In this document: positions 45,745 through 56,732 of the stretch, piece by piece
How positions within the stretch are numbered: position 1 is the first letter of the stretch
Layout of the letters: each line of letters opens with the position of its first letter
Source: Flectonema sp. DT1601
Lineage: Eukaryota
Assembly: GCA_964019425.1 (NCBI GenBank)
Contig: OZ025789.1
Span: 1,178,001-1,242,000 of the forward strand
Length of the DNA stretch: 64,000 bases
Reading direction: 5' to 3'
The notes under the pieces: model-generated
Databases searched by the model: none
Told to the model about the DNA's origin: nothing
Seen by the model: only the letters and a program-made list of their open reading frames with translations
Made by a program: the position numbers and the translations under genes

Positions 45745-46656
45745 ATGGAGGTCGCAGCTAGACAGCAAGACAGCGATACAGAATTTCGGAAAGCTGAACG
45801 ATACTGGAAAATTAGAAATGGAAAATGCCCCTCACTGAATGATGTGATTCAAGGTTTTGATGGCGACAGCTGTGAAGAGTTAAAAGCGATAGCTATTGGT
45901 GATGTTAGGGGAGCTTTTTATATACCAAAATTACTAACAGAAAATGAACAGATCGACTTAACGAAGGAATGTCTGTGTGAGTATCCCGACCCAAGTCTTA
46001 AACACGACAGCAATCTGTCTGTTGATAAGAGGCAATCAAAAATGTTAAATGATCCTCCCGATACGATTCTTCATAATAAAACTTTACGATGGATAACAAC
46101 TGGATATCATTACGATTGGACAAACAAAACCTATGACAGATCCTTACACTCTCTGATGCCTCCCCTCATTAAACAAACAGCTCAGCGTAAAACTGCTTCT
46201 CTTGTGAGTAAGAATATCATTCCTGACATTCCCATTGATTATCAAACAAGTATAATAAATTACTACAATACTAAAAACACTCTCATGGGACATACAGACA
46301 CATACGAATCCGAATCAGTGATGAGCCGTCCATTGCTGTCAATTAGCCTTGGTAGAAGTGCTGTTTTTCTATTAGGAGGGTTGACGAAGGATGTTCAACC
46401 GGTACCGATTTTGCTTAAATCTGGTGATGGAATTATTTTAATTGGAGAGGCTAGGAGATGTTATCATGGTCTTCCGTTGATTCTTCCGGATAGCTGTCCT
46501 AATTATTTATCGAAATCGATTCCTCATATTAGCGATCACAGGATTAACTTATCAATAAGACAGGTCTTCCTTGATGATGATGATGACGATGATGAAACGA
46601 TCAATCTAATCGCTTCCGATATCAAAAGAATAAAACAAGATGAATCCATCTTGTAA
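45745..46656 (+). CDS. ALKBH1: AlkB homologue 1 (Fe/2OG dioxygenase)
   Basis: LRWITTGYHYDW, IINYY..LMGHTD, SISLGRSAVFLLGG, YHGLP, RINLSIRQV. Confidence 0.9.
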   Translation: MEVAARQQDSDTEFRKAERYWKIRNGKCPSLNDVIQGFDGDSCEELKAIAIGDVRGAFYIPKLLTENEQIDLTKECLCEYPDPSLKHDSNLSVDKRQSKMLNDPPDTILHNKTLRWITTGYHYDWTNKTYDRSLHSLMPPLIKQTAQRKTASLVSKNIIPDIPIDYQTSIINYYNTKNTLMGHTDTYESESVMSRPLLSISLGRSAVFLLGGLTKDVQPVPILLKSGDGIILIGEARRCYHGLPLILPDSCPNYLSKSIPHISDHRINLSIRQVFLDDDDDDDETINLIASDIKRIKQDESIL

Positions 46657-46953
46657 CACTTACTTTTTAACAACATTTACGCCACACAGTCATCTCGCAT
46701 TGCACAACAGTCTAACTCTTGCGATTGCGAGTGAGCCAGCGATCTCTATTAACTTACTATTGCATTAATATTTTAAATCTATTTTTTTTTTTTTTTCAAT
46801 TTTTCAGGTTTTTACAAAACGAAGAAAATACTTTTTTGTCTTTTATTCTGAAAAAAATGACATTTAGAGCTTTCTGTTTTCTTCATCAAACAAATACTTT
46901 TTATTATCTTTTTATCGTAAACCAGCCTGTATTATTAATAATAGAAAATAATA

Positions 46954-48027
46954 ATGTCCATAACTCCCGTATCAAAGTGGACTGTAAGGGAAGTTGGTGG
47001 CTGGTTGAGGAAGGAAGGAATAGCGGAGTACGAGCCTCTATTTGCCTCTCAGGGTATTGATGGGGAAGTGTTACTCATGTTGAGGGAAGACGATTTGAGA
47101 CAAGTTCCTTTTTGTATTCCAAAAGTTGGTGATATAAAGCGGATCATGAGAAGAGTTGAGGACCTGTCCCGCAGAATTGACAGTCGCTGGGGTAAAGCAG
47201 TCAGCCAACGAAGGCAAGTTATGAGACTCTGTGCTGCGGCATTGTACTGTTTTGTGGCGGTATTGGCTACGTCATTTTGTCTGGTGACTGCTCACGAAAG
47301 GGTACCATTGACAGCGAACTACCCCCCGCTGCCTGATATCATATTGGATAATGTTCCGAGAGTTCCTTGGGCATTCGCTGCATCAGAATATCTTATTTTA
47401 TTTATGTTTATTATATTAGTTCTCATAGCTGCCGTTCACAGAGCTAGGATTACAATGGCAACCAGATTCTTAGCTATTTCTGCTACTGTTTTCTTACTTA
47501 GATGTGTGACTATGACGGCGACATCATTGTCAGTTCCGGGAGATCATTTACATTGTCCTCCTCTGTTGTTGAATTCATTTCAAGAAAAGATCGACAGAGC
47601 TTTGACGATCGCGATGGGATTAGGCTCGACTATATTTGGAGTTGAAACATGCGGTGATTACATGTTTTCTGGACATTGTGTTGCACTGACTCTCCTTGGT
47701 TGTTTTATTTGTGAATATACACCTGTATCTTGGACAAATTTCCACAGATTGATATGGGGAATCTGTTTGTGTGGAGTGTTTTGTGTAGTAGCAAGTCATG
47801 AACACTACAGCATCGATTGTTTTGTTGGATTTTATATTGCTTCTCGTGTTTTTGGTTATTATCATAACTTAGCTAGTCAAGTACCAAACATGAATGATAG
47901 CCAACGTCAAAAACTTGGGATTTGGTTTCCTATGGTTGCGTACTTTGAAAGATTCACTCCCAAGGACGGGGATAACAACGAATATGATATCCCTGCTGCT
48001 TTGAAGTGGGATCATAAACTTGAATAA
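46954..48027 (+). CDS. SAMD8: SAM-domain sphingomyelin-synthase-related phosphotransferase (SMSr-like)
   Basis: N-terminal SAM (WTVREVGGWL..IDGEVLLML); PLPD, CGDYMFSGH and HEHYSID motifs. Confidence 0.85.
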   Translation: MSITPVSKWTVREVGGWLRKEGIAEYEPLFASQGIDGEVLLMLREDDLRQVPFCIPKVGDIKRIMRRVEDLSRRIDSRWGKAVSQRRQVMRLCAAALYCFVAVLATSFCLVTAHERVPLTANYPPLPDIILDNVPRVPWAFAASEYLILFMFIILVLIAAVHRARITMATRFLAISATVFLLRCVTMTATSLSVPGDHLHCPPLLLNSFQEKIDRALTIAMGLGSTIFGVETCGDYMFSGHCVALTLLGCFICEYTPVSWTNFHRLIWGICLCGVFCVVASHEHYSIDCFVGFYIASRVFGYYHNLASQVPNMNDSQRQKLGIWFPMVAYFERFTPKDGDNNEYDIPAALKWDHKLE

Positions 48028-48412
48028 TCATATTAAAATCGAAGCATTATTTCATAGTACAAATGACAAAGACTGTTAAGCTCCTCTATCATCTCTCTCT
48101 TGTCACTTCTATCTACCCATCTAACTTCTGAGCCCTATATTGTGCTGTTTTTGTTTTTTTTAGATTTCTTTTTATTTTATTTTTTTTCTTCCCCGTTCTT
48201 TTTGGTAAGAGGTATATAGGATTACTCTCGAAACCTAAATAGTTACTTCAAAAAGGCTGAGCTAAAGCATCACACCTAGTCACTGTATCTAAAAATAATG
48301 TTAAAATTATCGTTATGTTGTTTATGGTACGATACATTTGTATTTTACGTACAAAATCAAACAGTTAACCCCTTCTTTCAATTCCTTTTTTTCTTTTTTT
48401 TATAAAAAAAAA

Positions 48413-48780
48413 AACCATTCAGATTAGCCTGATATTTCGTTGAACGTGCACCTCCATTTCCCGACCGCATAGGTAACTGCTTGTCAACCGCGTTTGTCGA
48501 TGCAATTACTGCGTTTCCTTACTCGGACTCCTCCGTCGGCTGCTGCTTCCGTTACTCTGGTTGACTCTGAGGTGGGCGGGTATCGCAGTCTGGACCAACG
48601 AGCACCGTGGGGCTGGCCCCTTCCGGCTCCAGCCGACAAGCACAGTGTTTTGGTTGACTCCTGACATAGCTTTTTGTTGAACGCAGACAGAATCATGTCG
48701 TACACGGGGGAAAATAAATTATCGGCATAAGAAATAAGGGCAACAAATCTGAATAGTTTCTTCACCGACTACGTCGGTAC
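48413..48780 (-). mobile_element. Dispersed element, copy B (reverse orientation) with GC-rich internal insert
   Basis: Reverse complement begins gtaccgacgtagtcggtgaagAAACTATTCAGAT and ends gctaATCTGAATGGTT; shares a gattctgtctgcgttcaac..aaaagcta-like block with copy A. Confidence 0.65.
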
Positions 48781-49392
48781 AAAAAAAAAAAAAAAAAAAA
48801 AAAAAAACACTTAAAGGCAAGATAGATTATTCTACCGTATTGGAGATTCCCCACCTCTTTTTGTTTCCAAATGACAGCGCAGTTTGCCTTGAGCAACTGT
48901 ACAAATTCATTCCAGATGGTTTCTTTTGTCTGTTCTAACCTTTACCTTAGTTGCTGTTTTCGTTTATTTTTTTTATTAAATTACTCAGTGGACATTTCTT
49001 TTGGTTGTTTAAAAAAAAAAGTATAAAAAAAAAATAAAAAAAAAATGAGTAATAAATTAGTATTGTCTGCGGGACATTATATCGGAGAAACAAAAAAAAC
49101 TTCTTCACATCATCTCTTTTGTTTGGTTAGTCAGATTCTGCTCGAATATTCCTATCCCTTTTCTGTTCTTATATTACTTATTGAGTGAATTGTTTTATAA
49201 CAAAAAAAAAAAAAAAATGTTGATGCTGTAATATTACTGTAGTCGTACAAGTAGTGTTGTGTTGACTGGTCGAACACTGACTAGGTGTCGGATTGCATAT
49301 TAGCCTTGCTGTGAGTGAAAAAAAAAAAAAAAAAAAAAAAAACGAAAGAAAGTTAGTTAGTTAGTTAGTTTTTCTTTTTTTTTGTTTCTACT

Positions 49393-50060
49393 TTGTGCTA
49401 AGCAGGAGCAGAAGTCTCTGTGTACTTGCACAAGTGTGTAAACGACTGGTTAGGTAATTTCTTTTTGAGGTAGCAATCTTATTGTGTGAATTTTGTTAAT
49501 TCATAGAAGGCCCTCGTCTGATTGTTGTCCGAGTTACGCCTGCTTGTGGTTTCGTTGTCGCTCCCCTCCCAAGCCTTGTTTATCCAACTAGGCTTTCTAA
49601 GACTCTTCCTGTGGTTTATACGTTGTGCCAAGCAGAGATATAATGGCTTTCTCGTGTACTTGCGCAAGTGATTTCCTCGGGGAGTTGGTTGGCGCACTGT
49701 CGCTGTATTTTTCTTGCGTAAGTAAAGAGGATGAAATACTACGAAACACAAAGAAGGTGTTATTCACTTCCTGCCCCCTTCCCGTTTAGATATCTCGCTC
49801 ATTGTGCTAAGCAGAGGTTACTCTTCGCAAAGTATTTCTCGTGTACTTGCACAAGTGCGATATTTGGACGGTCCACTTAATTAGTAGTGTAGTGCTCTTC
49901 ATGATAACTCTCACGTGCGATCAATGATCAGGTGCAAGAACAACTATTTTAGAAGTGCTATTATAAGTTTATTGTGTCAAGCAGAGACTCCTCTCGTGTA
50001 CTTACGCAAGTGCTTTGTCAACGCAGGAGTGGTTTTGGTGAGACTTTGCACTGTAAACTT
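49393..50060 (+). ncRNA. Array of four copies of an unassigned structured RNA-like motif (49393-49447, 49623-49698, 49802-49878, 49972-50052)
   Basis: Consensus TTGTGY-YAAGCAG-(variable hairpin)-YGTGTACTT-RCRCAA-GTG-(variable)-CAC. Pairing-preserving substitutions including G-U wobbles favour the + strand. Confidence 0.7.
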
Positions 50061-50644
50061 GGTTTTTTTTTGTTTTTTTGTTGACCAAAGTCACCATAGA
50101 GATTTTGTTTGTTTTTTTTTCTGAAAAAATCATTAAAAAGGCGCTTTTTTTTTTGTTTCTATTATTCAGTTGACATGCCTTCTTTTTTTCTCTTCTTTTC
50201 TGGGTTGAAGTAGTCTAAAAAATTATAGCATTCAACCACTAACTAACTTTTTCAATGTTTTGTTCTTTTTTTTTTTTTTTTAAATGCGCAATTTTTTTTT
50301 TTTTTTTTTTTTTTCCTCCTGATTTTTTCTCTCCCCTCAATTCTCCTGGTATTAATGAAATAAAAAAATAAATTTTCAGTTTTGTTATATTACGTCAATC
50401 AGCTTCATACTTTTGTACCCCCATTTGTGAAGGGGTTCAGAAAAAAAAAAAAAAAAGAAGTTTATTTCTCCTTTATGTTGGCATTACTCTTATAAAGGAT
50501 AATGAAATAAACATTTGCGCGATTGCTATTTATTTTTTTCTTTTTTCTCTTCTAGTTCTGATGACAAGTGAGATTGTGCCATTATGTTGTGTGTTTGTTA
50601 TTTATTTTTTGCTTTTGTCTTTTTAAGGTACACCAACTCATTTC

Positions 50645-50675
50645 TGGGACTAATTTCCTCCGGGACTAATTTCCT
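50645..50675. repeat. Short tandem duplication GGGACTAATTTCCT x2
   Basis: ctgggactaatttcctccgggactaatttcctg seen directly. Confidence 0.8.
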
Positions 50676-50949
50676 GCAGTTAGTGTTTTTTTTAAATGTA
50701 TGATGTATTCGGACTATCTGCTCCGTTGTGTGACAACCCTTCCCAATGCAAGTCATAGTAATTGTGTTTTGGAAGATTCTTCTTTTTTTTTTTTTTTTTT
50801 TTTTTTCATTGCCGCCTCATATGTCGCTTTTTGAGTAATTTTCTTTACGCCCGCCGTGCTACTGATCGGGTTTAAATTATTGCAGCTAATAAAACAACAA
50901 AAAACTTATATATTTACTGGTATTCTTTACAGAGAAGAGGCTTATAAAA

Positions 50950-51678
50950 ATGAACATCACAGTAAGGAATACAATTTCCGGTGATGAAGAAGTAATTTTG
51001 TATCCTGCAGAATGTACTGTCGATAATCTGTACAGCATTATTGGTGAGGCTCTGACGTTGGAAGAAAAGACTTTTGATGTGAGCGAGGGAGGTGAAATCG
51101 TAACAGCGGAAACTCTGCTTGGCGTGGCATCCGATACAGTCTTCGAAGTGATCATAAACAGAAAAGTCTCAGCCTTAAAGAGACTAAGCAATATGGGTCA
51201 TTCAATTACAGGAAAACAATTCCTACGTTCGATTGAAAAAGGAGATGAAACGACCAGCGGATTATTTATAGACGCTGGTGTTAACATCAATTGCTCTAAT
51301 GAAGTAGGAGTAAGCGCTATTCAACTCGCTATTGAACATGAAAACTACAACATATGCTCTCAACTAATTCGAGCAGGAGCTGATTTAGACGTTCAATGTT
51401 TTCATCAAAGTTCTCCTTTAGGATCAGCCATTCAATTAGGGAATTATAAAATTGCCAACCTACTAATAGAATCCGGTTGCAAGCCATCCGACAAGGTGGA
51501 TGCCTTTGGGCATACCCATCTTGAATATGCCATCTCTGCTGTTCATGACAGTAATCTGAAAATTTTACAACTTTTGCTAGATGCTGGTGCTAATCTAGAT
51601 GCGTTAAAAAATTATGAAGAAAAAGTCTCTGATGAGGAAATGTTAAAAATGATTGAAAAATTCAAAGAGAAAATGTAA
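50950..51678 (+). CDS. Ankyrin-repeat protein with ubiquitin-like N-terminal segment
   Basis: GVSAIQLAIEHENYNICSQLIRAGAD, SSPLGSAIQLGNYKIANLLIESG, LKILQLLLDAGAN. Confidence 0.85.
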   Translation: MNITVRNTISGDEEVILYPAECTVDNLYSIIGEALTLEEKTFDVSEGGEIVTAETLLGVASDTVFEVIINRKVSALKRLSNMGHSITGKQFLRSIEKGDETTSGLFIDAGVNINCSNEVGVSAIQLAIEHENYNICSQLIRAGADLDVQCFHQSSPLGSAIQLGNYKIANLLIESGCKPSDKVDAFGHTHLEYAISAVHDSNLKILQLLLDAGANLDALKNYEEKVSDEEMLKMIEKFKEKM

Positions 51679-51921
51679 AACTGATAATGAAAATATTTAT
51701 TACCTGCGGGAAAATTCCACGAAAAGAAATCCTTGTCTAGCTCCGTTCATTCGTGGTATTGTTTTGTGTTCTCTGTTTTATTATTATTTTAGAGGCTTGG
51801 TTTCTCTAATTCCACACCTTGAGACTTGCTTCTACACCATTTCCTTATAAAGTAAAAAAAAAAAAAAACGTTGAGAACCTTTTCAAACAACCCTTTCTCA
51901 GATAATTACACAAATAATAAT

Positions 51922-52158
51922 ATGAGAAATCCATACAAGGTAGTTCGCTGTAACGTAAATTGGTCTGCACCAGCTGACAGTGAAGGATTTCATAAGATGG
52001 GATCTTGTCAAATAGCAGGGGGAGGAGGGTTGTGGAATGCAACTATTTTTAAAGCACCTCGACCAATTACAAACGGAGGCACACCAAGACCCTATCAAGT
52101 AGCTTCAAGGCAAACATCAACAGCGGATGCGAGCTATGCTGCTGGCGGGATTATATGA
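51922..52158 (+). CDS. Small hypothetical protein (78 aa)
   Basis: MRNPYKVVRCNVNWSAPADSEG...AAGGII*; coding-like composition, preceded by tttctcag and an A-rich leader. Confidence 0.55.
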   Translation: MRNPYKVVRCNVNWSAPADSEGFHKMGSCQIAGGGGLWNATIFKAPRPITNGGTPRPYQVASRQTSTADASYAAGGII

Positions 52159-52459
52159 GTTTTTTTCCCTTGCTCAATTGGTTCTCTTTTTTTTTTTTTT
52201 AAAAAGCATTTTAACGTTGTACGCTGCCTTCCCCGAAATCTTGTTACACGTTCATGTTTTCGGTGACTGTATTTCAGCAAAAAAAATAAAAAAATTGACA
52301 GAATAAATTCAATACAACTATTTTTAATCACCACAGGAAGAAAAAAAGGATGTGTTTTTTTATTTTTATTATAATTTAGAGAGCAGTGAAACTGTTTGAG
52401 TAGTTCGTGTCTTATTATTTTATTTTTATTTTTAAAAGGGGATCCCTCCCACCCATCCC

Positions 52460-54126
52460 ATGGCTCTCAGGTTTAAGGCCTTGGTGTTAATTGGAGTTGT
52501 TAGTCTGTTTTTTGGGTATTTAGTAAGAGTCCAGTTTCGGTATGAACCGGATTGTCTAACAACTCCGACTGATGAAGGAAAAATGAGTGTTAAAACTGAT
52601 AAAAACAATCTTGATAGAACTCAGACTGCTATACCTAATGTTGTATTACCAGTAACGACAGGTGATTGGAATCATAAGAATGACGTAGTCATGGGACTTG
52701 TTCGATATGACCATGATGGTAGTGCTCAACCTCCTTGGTCTGTCACCCTTCGAATGTTCGTAGGAACACTCCGACACACTGGATACATTGGGAGAATTGT
52801 TCTATTTGTTCATCCGATATTTGTTCATAAAACTAATGAACTTACATCAGCCAATAAACAAACTCTTGAGTACCTTCTATCTCACAATGTTGAACTTGTT
52901 GCTGTTGAGGGAAGGCCATGCGAACTACCATTTAAGACGGAGGCAACTACGATGGAAATTCGTAAATTATGCACAACAGAATACCCTCAATTGCAATTAG
53001 AATGGGCTCGATTCGCTCTAGCAAGAGATTGGCTTAAAAATAATCCCAATACCGGATGGGCTCTCATCACAGATGTGAGAGATGCATACTTTCAAAGGCC
53101 CCCATTCGCTGATTTAGGACCCTCTAGTGAAGTCGAACGTTTTATGATATTTGAAGAATTCTACGGTGATCCCAACCGACTAACTTCCTCTGGTAAAAAC
53201 AGAGGAATCGACACAAGTCATTGGTTTGCAAAAATGGTTACACAGTGCTATGGGGAGGAACCTTATAAAGAGTATCGAGGTAAACCAATGCTGTGTTCAG
53301 GTCAATTATTAGGAACACGATCTGCTTCTATAAAAGGCCTTACTCTTTATGTTGATGAAATGTTACGCAATACTCGGAGGAATGCTGCGTGTGTTCCACC
53401 GAAACTTCCTGACCAGAGTCTAGTATGTTACACTCGTATTAGGTTTCTTGAATATATCAAAACATATGAAATACAAAAAATAATAAAACCCAACAGATTA
53501 ACTACATGGCTTACCATCACAAGTTAGGGAATCTGACGATAGTCCCATACGGTGAAGGGCCAGTACTGACAATTGGAGGTACTTGCACATCTAACGGTCC
53601 CAAACATAAAAGTGGTCTCAGAGATATGTTGAAATTTGACAATGATAAATTTATTCTTGATACCCACAACAGAAGAGCACCGATGGTACACCAGTGGGAT
53701 AGATGTGGTTCTTGGCTTGAAAAATGGATTCGAAAATATGTTAATTCTTTTGGTGAGTTGCATCTTGAACCTCGTTGGGCTACCGCTGATGAGGAACTAC
53801 CACAAGATGACTTGGTAGTGGAACCGTATATTTCATCAAATGGAGATAAATGGATTCACTGTGGATCAGAGAACGACATTTGTAATTGTAAAATAGCGGT
53901 ATGTTATGGTGTTTAACAATCATGAAAAGAGACTATTCAAAAAAAAAAAAAATAATAATAATAATAACAGGTTCGTTTTGGTGACATTCAAACTGACAAA
54001 TGGACCCAAATTGACGCATCCTCTTTTGGTAATAAAACATTGAAATGCAACAACAAAGGTTCTGGTGGAATATTTAATGATCCAGCAATTGGTCGTCCAA
54101 AAGAATGTCAATGTAAGGTCACTTAG
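52460..54126 (+). CDS. Type II membrane nucleotide-diphospho-sugar transferase-like protein with Cys-rich lectin-like C-terminus; introns 53423-53496 and 53899-53970
   Basis: N-terminal TM; ITDVRDAYFQRPPF, CSG, DQSL|INY, HQWDR; last exon VRFG..W..CNN..FNDPAIGRPKECQC. Confidence 0.78.
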
Positions 54127-54514
54127 AAAGTTATTTAATCTGTGATAGTATTGACTTGTATCATTTACCTAACTGATGACCTCACCCACTTGAGAAGCTT
54201 GGAAGCATTGACACAAAAAAGAGTTTTTTTTTATTATTTGCTTTATACTCTCCATGTTTTTTTTCTCGTTGCGGAGGTTTTTCGTAATATTTTCTCCGCC
54301 TGTTGGAGTTCGACATCCCATGTGTGACAAAAAATTCTTGAAAAACGTTTATTATTATTTTTTTCCCTTTATTCAGGTCAAAACCTTATATATAGCAGTA
54401 CTAAATGCATAGCAGTGTTTCCTTTTTCCATTTCTCAATTAAACAATGTATTTCATTGCCCCCTTTTTTTTTTAAAAATCTTAAATAGGTCATGCATATG
54501 CATCTGGCCATTCT

Positions 54515-56560
54515 ATGCATCGCATGCCAAAGAGGGAGGTCATTAAACAACTGAGGATTTCAATTGGTAATAAAGATATAAAAAGATTTAATAAGCAAGT
54601 TGATGTGATATGTCTTAAAAAGTACGACTCAGATATCGTATCTGAGATGTGTTGGGGAATGTTTAGTCTAAGGCATTCTCATAGCTGCTTGGAGTCATCT
54701 CTTCGATCATCAATGAAAAGTTTTGAAAAAGAAGGGTACGCATCAGCGATGATTCGCATTGCTTTTGTTGCAGCTTCTTTCAGGGTTGCAAATCAAGATT
54801 TATGTGAAACCATATGCCTCCAACTGATTAAAAATCCAACACGTTGCACGGCAAAAGATCTTGCCACTGCTGTGGAATGCTTTGCGGTGTACTATTCAGG
54901 GAGTCTGATTCCTGAAACAAACAAACAAACTCAACAGTTTGATAAGGAAAAGCACATTCAACTTTCTCCAAAGCAAACTCACATGATTCACACGGCAATC
55001 AGTAGTATTATCGATTGTGCCAAACTAAAAAGAGATGCAACTGCTGGAGGTGCATCTGTGCTACCTAAGGTTCTGCTAGCGGCTACCAGGTTATACCTAA
55101 CAACAGCACTTCATCCATTACTTATTACAATTGAGCAGGAGATGCTTAACAGAACTTGGTCAACGTGTAAATTAAATGAACAAGATATTATAATGTTGTT
55201 GTCTTCTCTTGAGAAGATACCTGTGTCGTCATATGAGCATTCTCAGTCAAGAAATCAACTGTTGTTGTCATTAAAAAGAACGATAAGCACGAAGTTACCA
55301 GACTATAAAAACCCTTTATTGATAATAAAAAAATTCACAGCCGTGGAATATCACACACCGATAAATAACCGTCTCATCGTTTCGGAAGAAATTGTACGAA
55401 AAATATCAAATTTATGGATTCAATGGAAGGATGCTCCTCCGAATGAAATTGGAAATTTACTTCAAACTATTGCATTGTGTGGTTTACAACAACGATTACA
55501 ACCGTGGAATCTTATTAATCTTTTACGACGTCATCTCAATACGACTCCTTCTATTATTCTCACAGCCCAACTATATCTCATAGCAGGTGCTTTATCACCT
55601 CGAATCGACGATTTAATTTGCACATCTTTAGAAAACGGAGACTTCAATATTCAGCTAACACTCCTACTATTGAAAACAAATAAATCAACAAAATGGTGCC
55701 AAGCAACTCTGAATGGAGGATACGTTTCAAAGTTTTCAGTCAATGAGAATATTTATTTTGCTACATTGTGTGCTACTATTCACATTAAAATTGCTAAAGA
55801 AGTAGTGCTAAAATCACAGCAGGGATGCCAAGCTCCATCCATCAGGGTCCTCGCAGACGCGTTGGAAATTTCTGTAAGAGACATTTCTCGTGTAAAGAAT
55901 CCTCCATTGGCTTTGGACTTATTTATGAAGTTGGTTATAGAAATGTTAAAGAAACATCATTCGATACTCCTAGACGTGAATCTTTCTCTTCTAACAAAGC
56001 TGTTGTGGTGTCGAAAAAAAGCTGGAAAAAAATGGGGTGCCGAAACCTTTCCGATATGTACCTTTGAGAAAAGTTTATCAACAGAAGGTGTAAATCAATG
56101 GTTTAAGGGAGGAACAGACGTCAGGTATTGTGAATTGGTTAGAATATTAATTTCAATGAAACAATTTGCTGTCATATCGAAATTTATTGAATCAAAGTCT
56201 TTTTCAAGCTCACTGCTAACAAGTAGAGATCTTGACTGCGTTGTTTATATGTTTGAAAGTATTGCTCGGTCGCGTTCCAGTGATCGTAAAAAAATATATT
56301 TACATCACGCGGAGCGTTGTAGAATTGTAGAATCGAGTCTTTCAATAGTTCATATTATAAGTTTAATTCACAACCATTATTCTTTATTGTTGTGTACACC
56401 TCTTTTAATCAGAATCTGTGATGCTATGACATTGTTACCGCCAACTGTATTGAAGTCTGATGCAGCAGCTGTAGTTAGGCAGCTCAAAGTGATACCAACT
56501 GTGTCACAACATGCTGTTGTCGATTATCTTTTAGCAGCCTTGAAAGAGTCTCCTCTTTGA
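54515..56560 (+). CDS. Hypothetical Leu/Ile-rich helical protein (681 aa)
   Basis: Long ORF on the gene strand; family not recognised. Confidence 0.7.
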   Translation: MHRMPKREVIKQLRISIGNKDIKRFNKQVDVICLKKYDSDIVSEMCWGMFSLRHSHSCLESSLRSSMKSFEKEGYASAMIRIAFVAASFRVANQDLCETICLQLIKNPTRCTAKDLATAVECFAVYYSGSLIPETNKQTQQFDKEKHIQLSPKQTHMIHTAISSIIDCAKLKRDATAGGASVLPKVLLAATRLYLTTALHPLLITIEQEMLNRTWSTCKLNEQDIIMLLSSLEKIPVSSYEHSQSRNQLLLSLKRTISTKLPDYKNPLLIIKKFTAVEYHTPINNRLIVSEEIVRKISNLWIQWKDAPPNEIGNLLQTIALCGLQQRLQPWNLINLLRRHLNTTPSIILTAQLYLIAGALSPRIDDLICTSLENGDFNIQLTLLLLKTNKSTKWCQATLNGGYVSKFSVNENIYFATLCATIHIKIAKEVVLKSQQGCQAPSIRVLADALEISVRDISRVKNPPLALDLFMKLVIEMLKKHHSILLDVNLSLLTKLLWCRKKAGKKWGAETFPICTFEKSLSTEGVNQWFKGGTDVRYCELVRILISMKQFAVISKFIESKSFSSSLLTSRDLDCVVYMFESIARSRSSDRKKIYLHHAERCRIVESSLSIVHIISLIHNHYSLLLCTPLLIRICDAMTLLPPTVLKSDAAAVVRQLKVIPTVSQHAVVDYLLAALKESPL

Positions 56561-56732
56561 GTCGTTAGATGAATGTAGTTTGTTAAGTTGTTTTATTTAT
56601 TATACTACCTCTAACCAGAATTTTTAAAAAAATAAAAACCAATTGGAATGATGATAAGGGTTGTAGAATAATATTTTTTTACAAATATTGCTTCGGCTCA
56701 AATATAAATTAAATTTACTTCCACAGAGGAAG

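Noticed and set aside
48484..48765. 93-aa minus-strand ORF
   Set aside because: Non-ATG start inside a repeat terminus; openness explained by GC content; opposite to the gene strand.
49351..49370. (TTAG)n as telomeric repeat
   Set aside because: Only about five units and not TTAGGG; ordinary microsatellite.
49915..49937. GATCAGGTGCAA resembling the 3' end of a pistol ribozyme construct
   Set aside because: The upstream pseudoknot and conserved core are absent; short chance match.
49393..50060. CRISPR array or H/ACA snoRNA cluster as explanation of the four-copy motif
   Set aside because: Repeats are split by variable inserts, spacing is 170-230 nt, there are no cas genes and the context is eukaryotic. 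No ACA/AGA box follows the hairpin, and the would-be pocket strands pair with each other.
54173..54210. Hammerhead core CTGATGA + stem
   Set aside because: No GAAA after stem II and no cleavage-site helix found.
54271..54325. tRNA-like GTTCGA with upstream hairpin (also near 14445)
   Set aside because: No T-stem or cloverleaf can be built.
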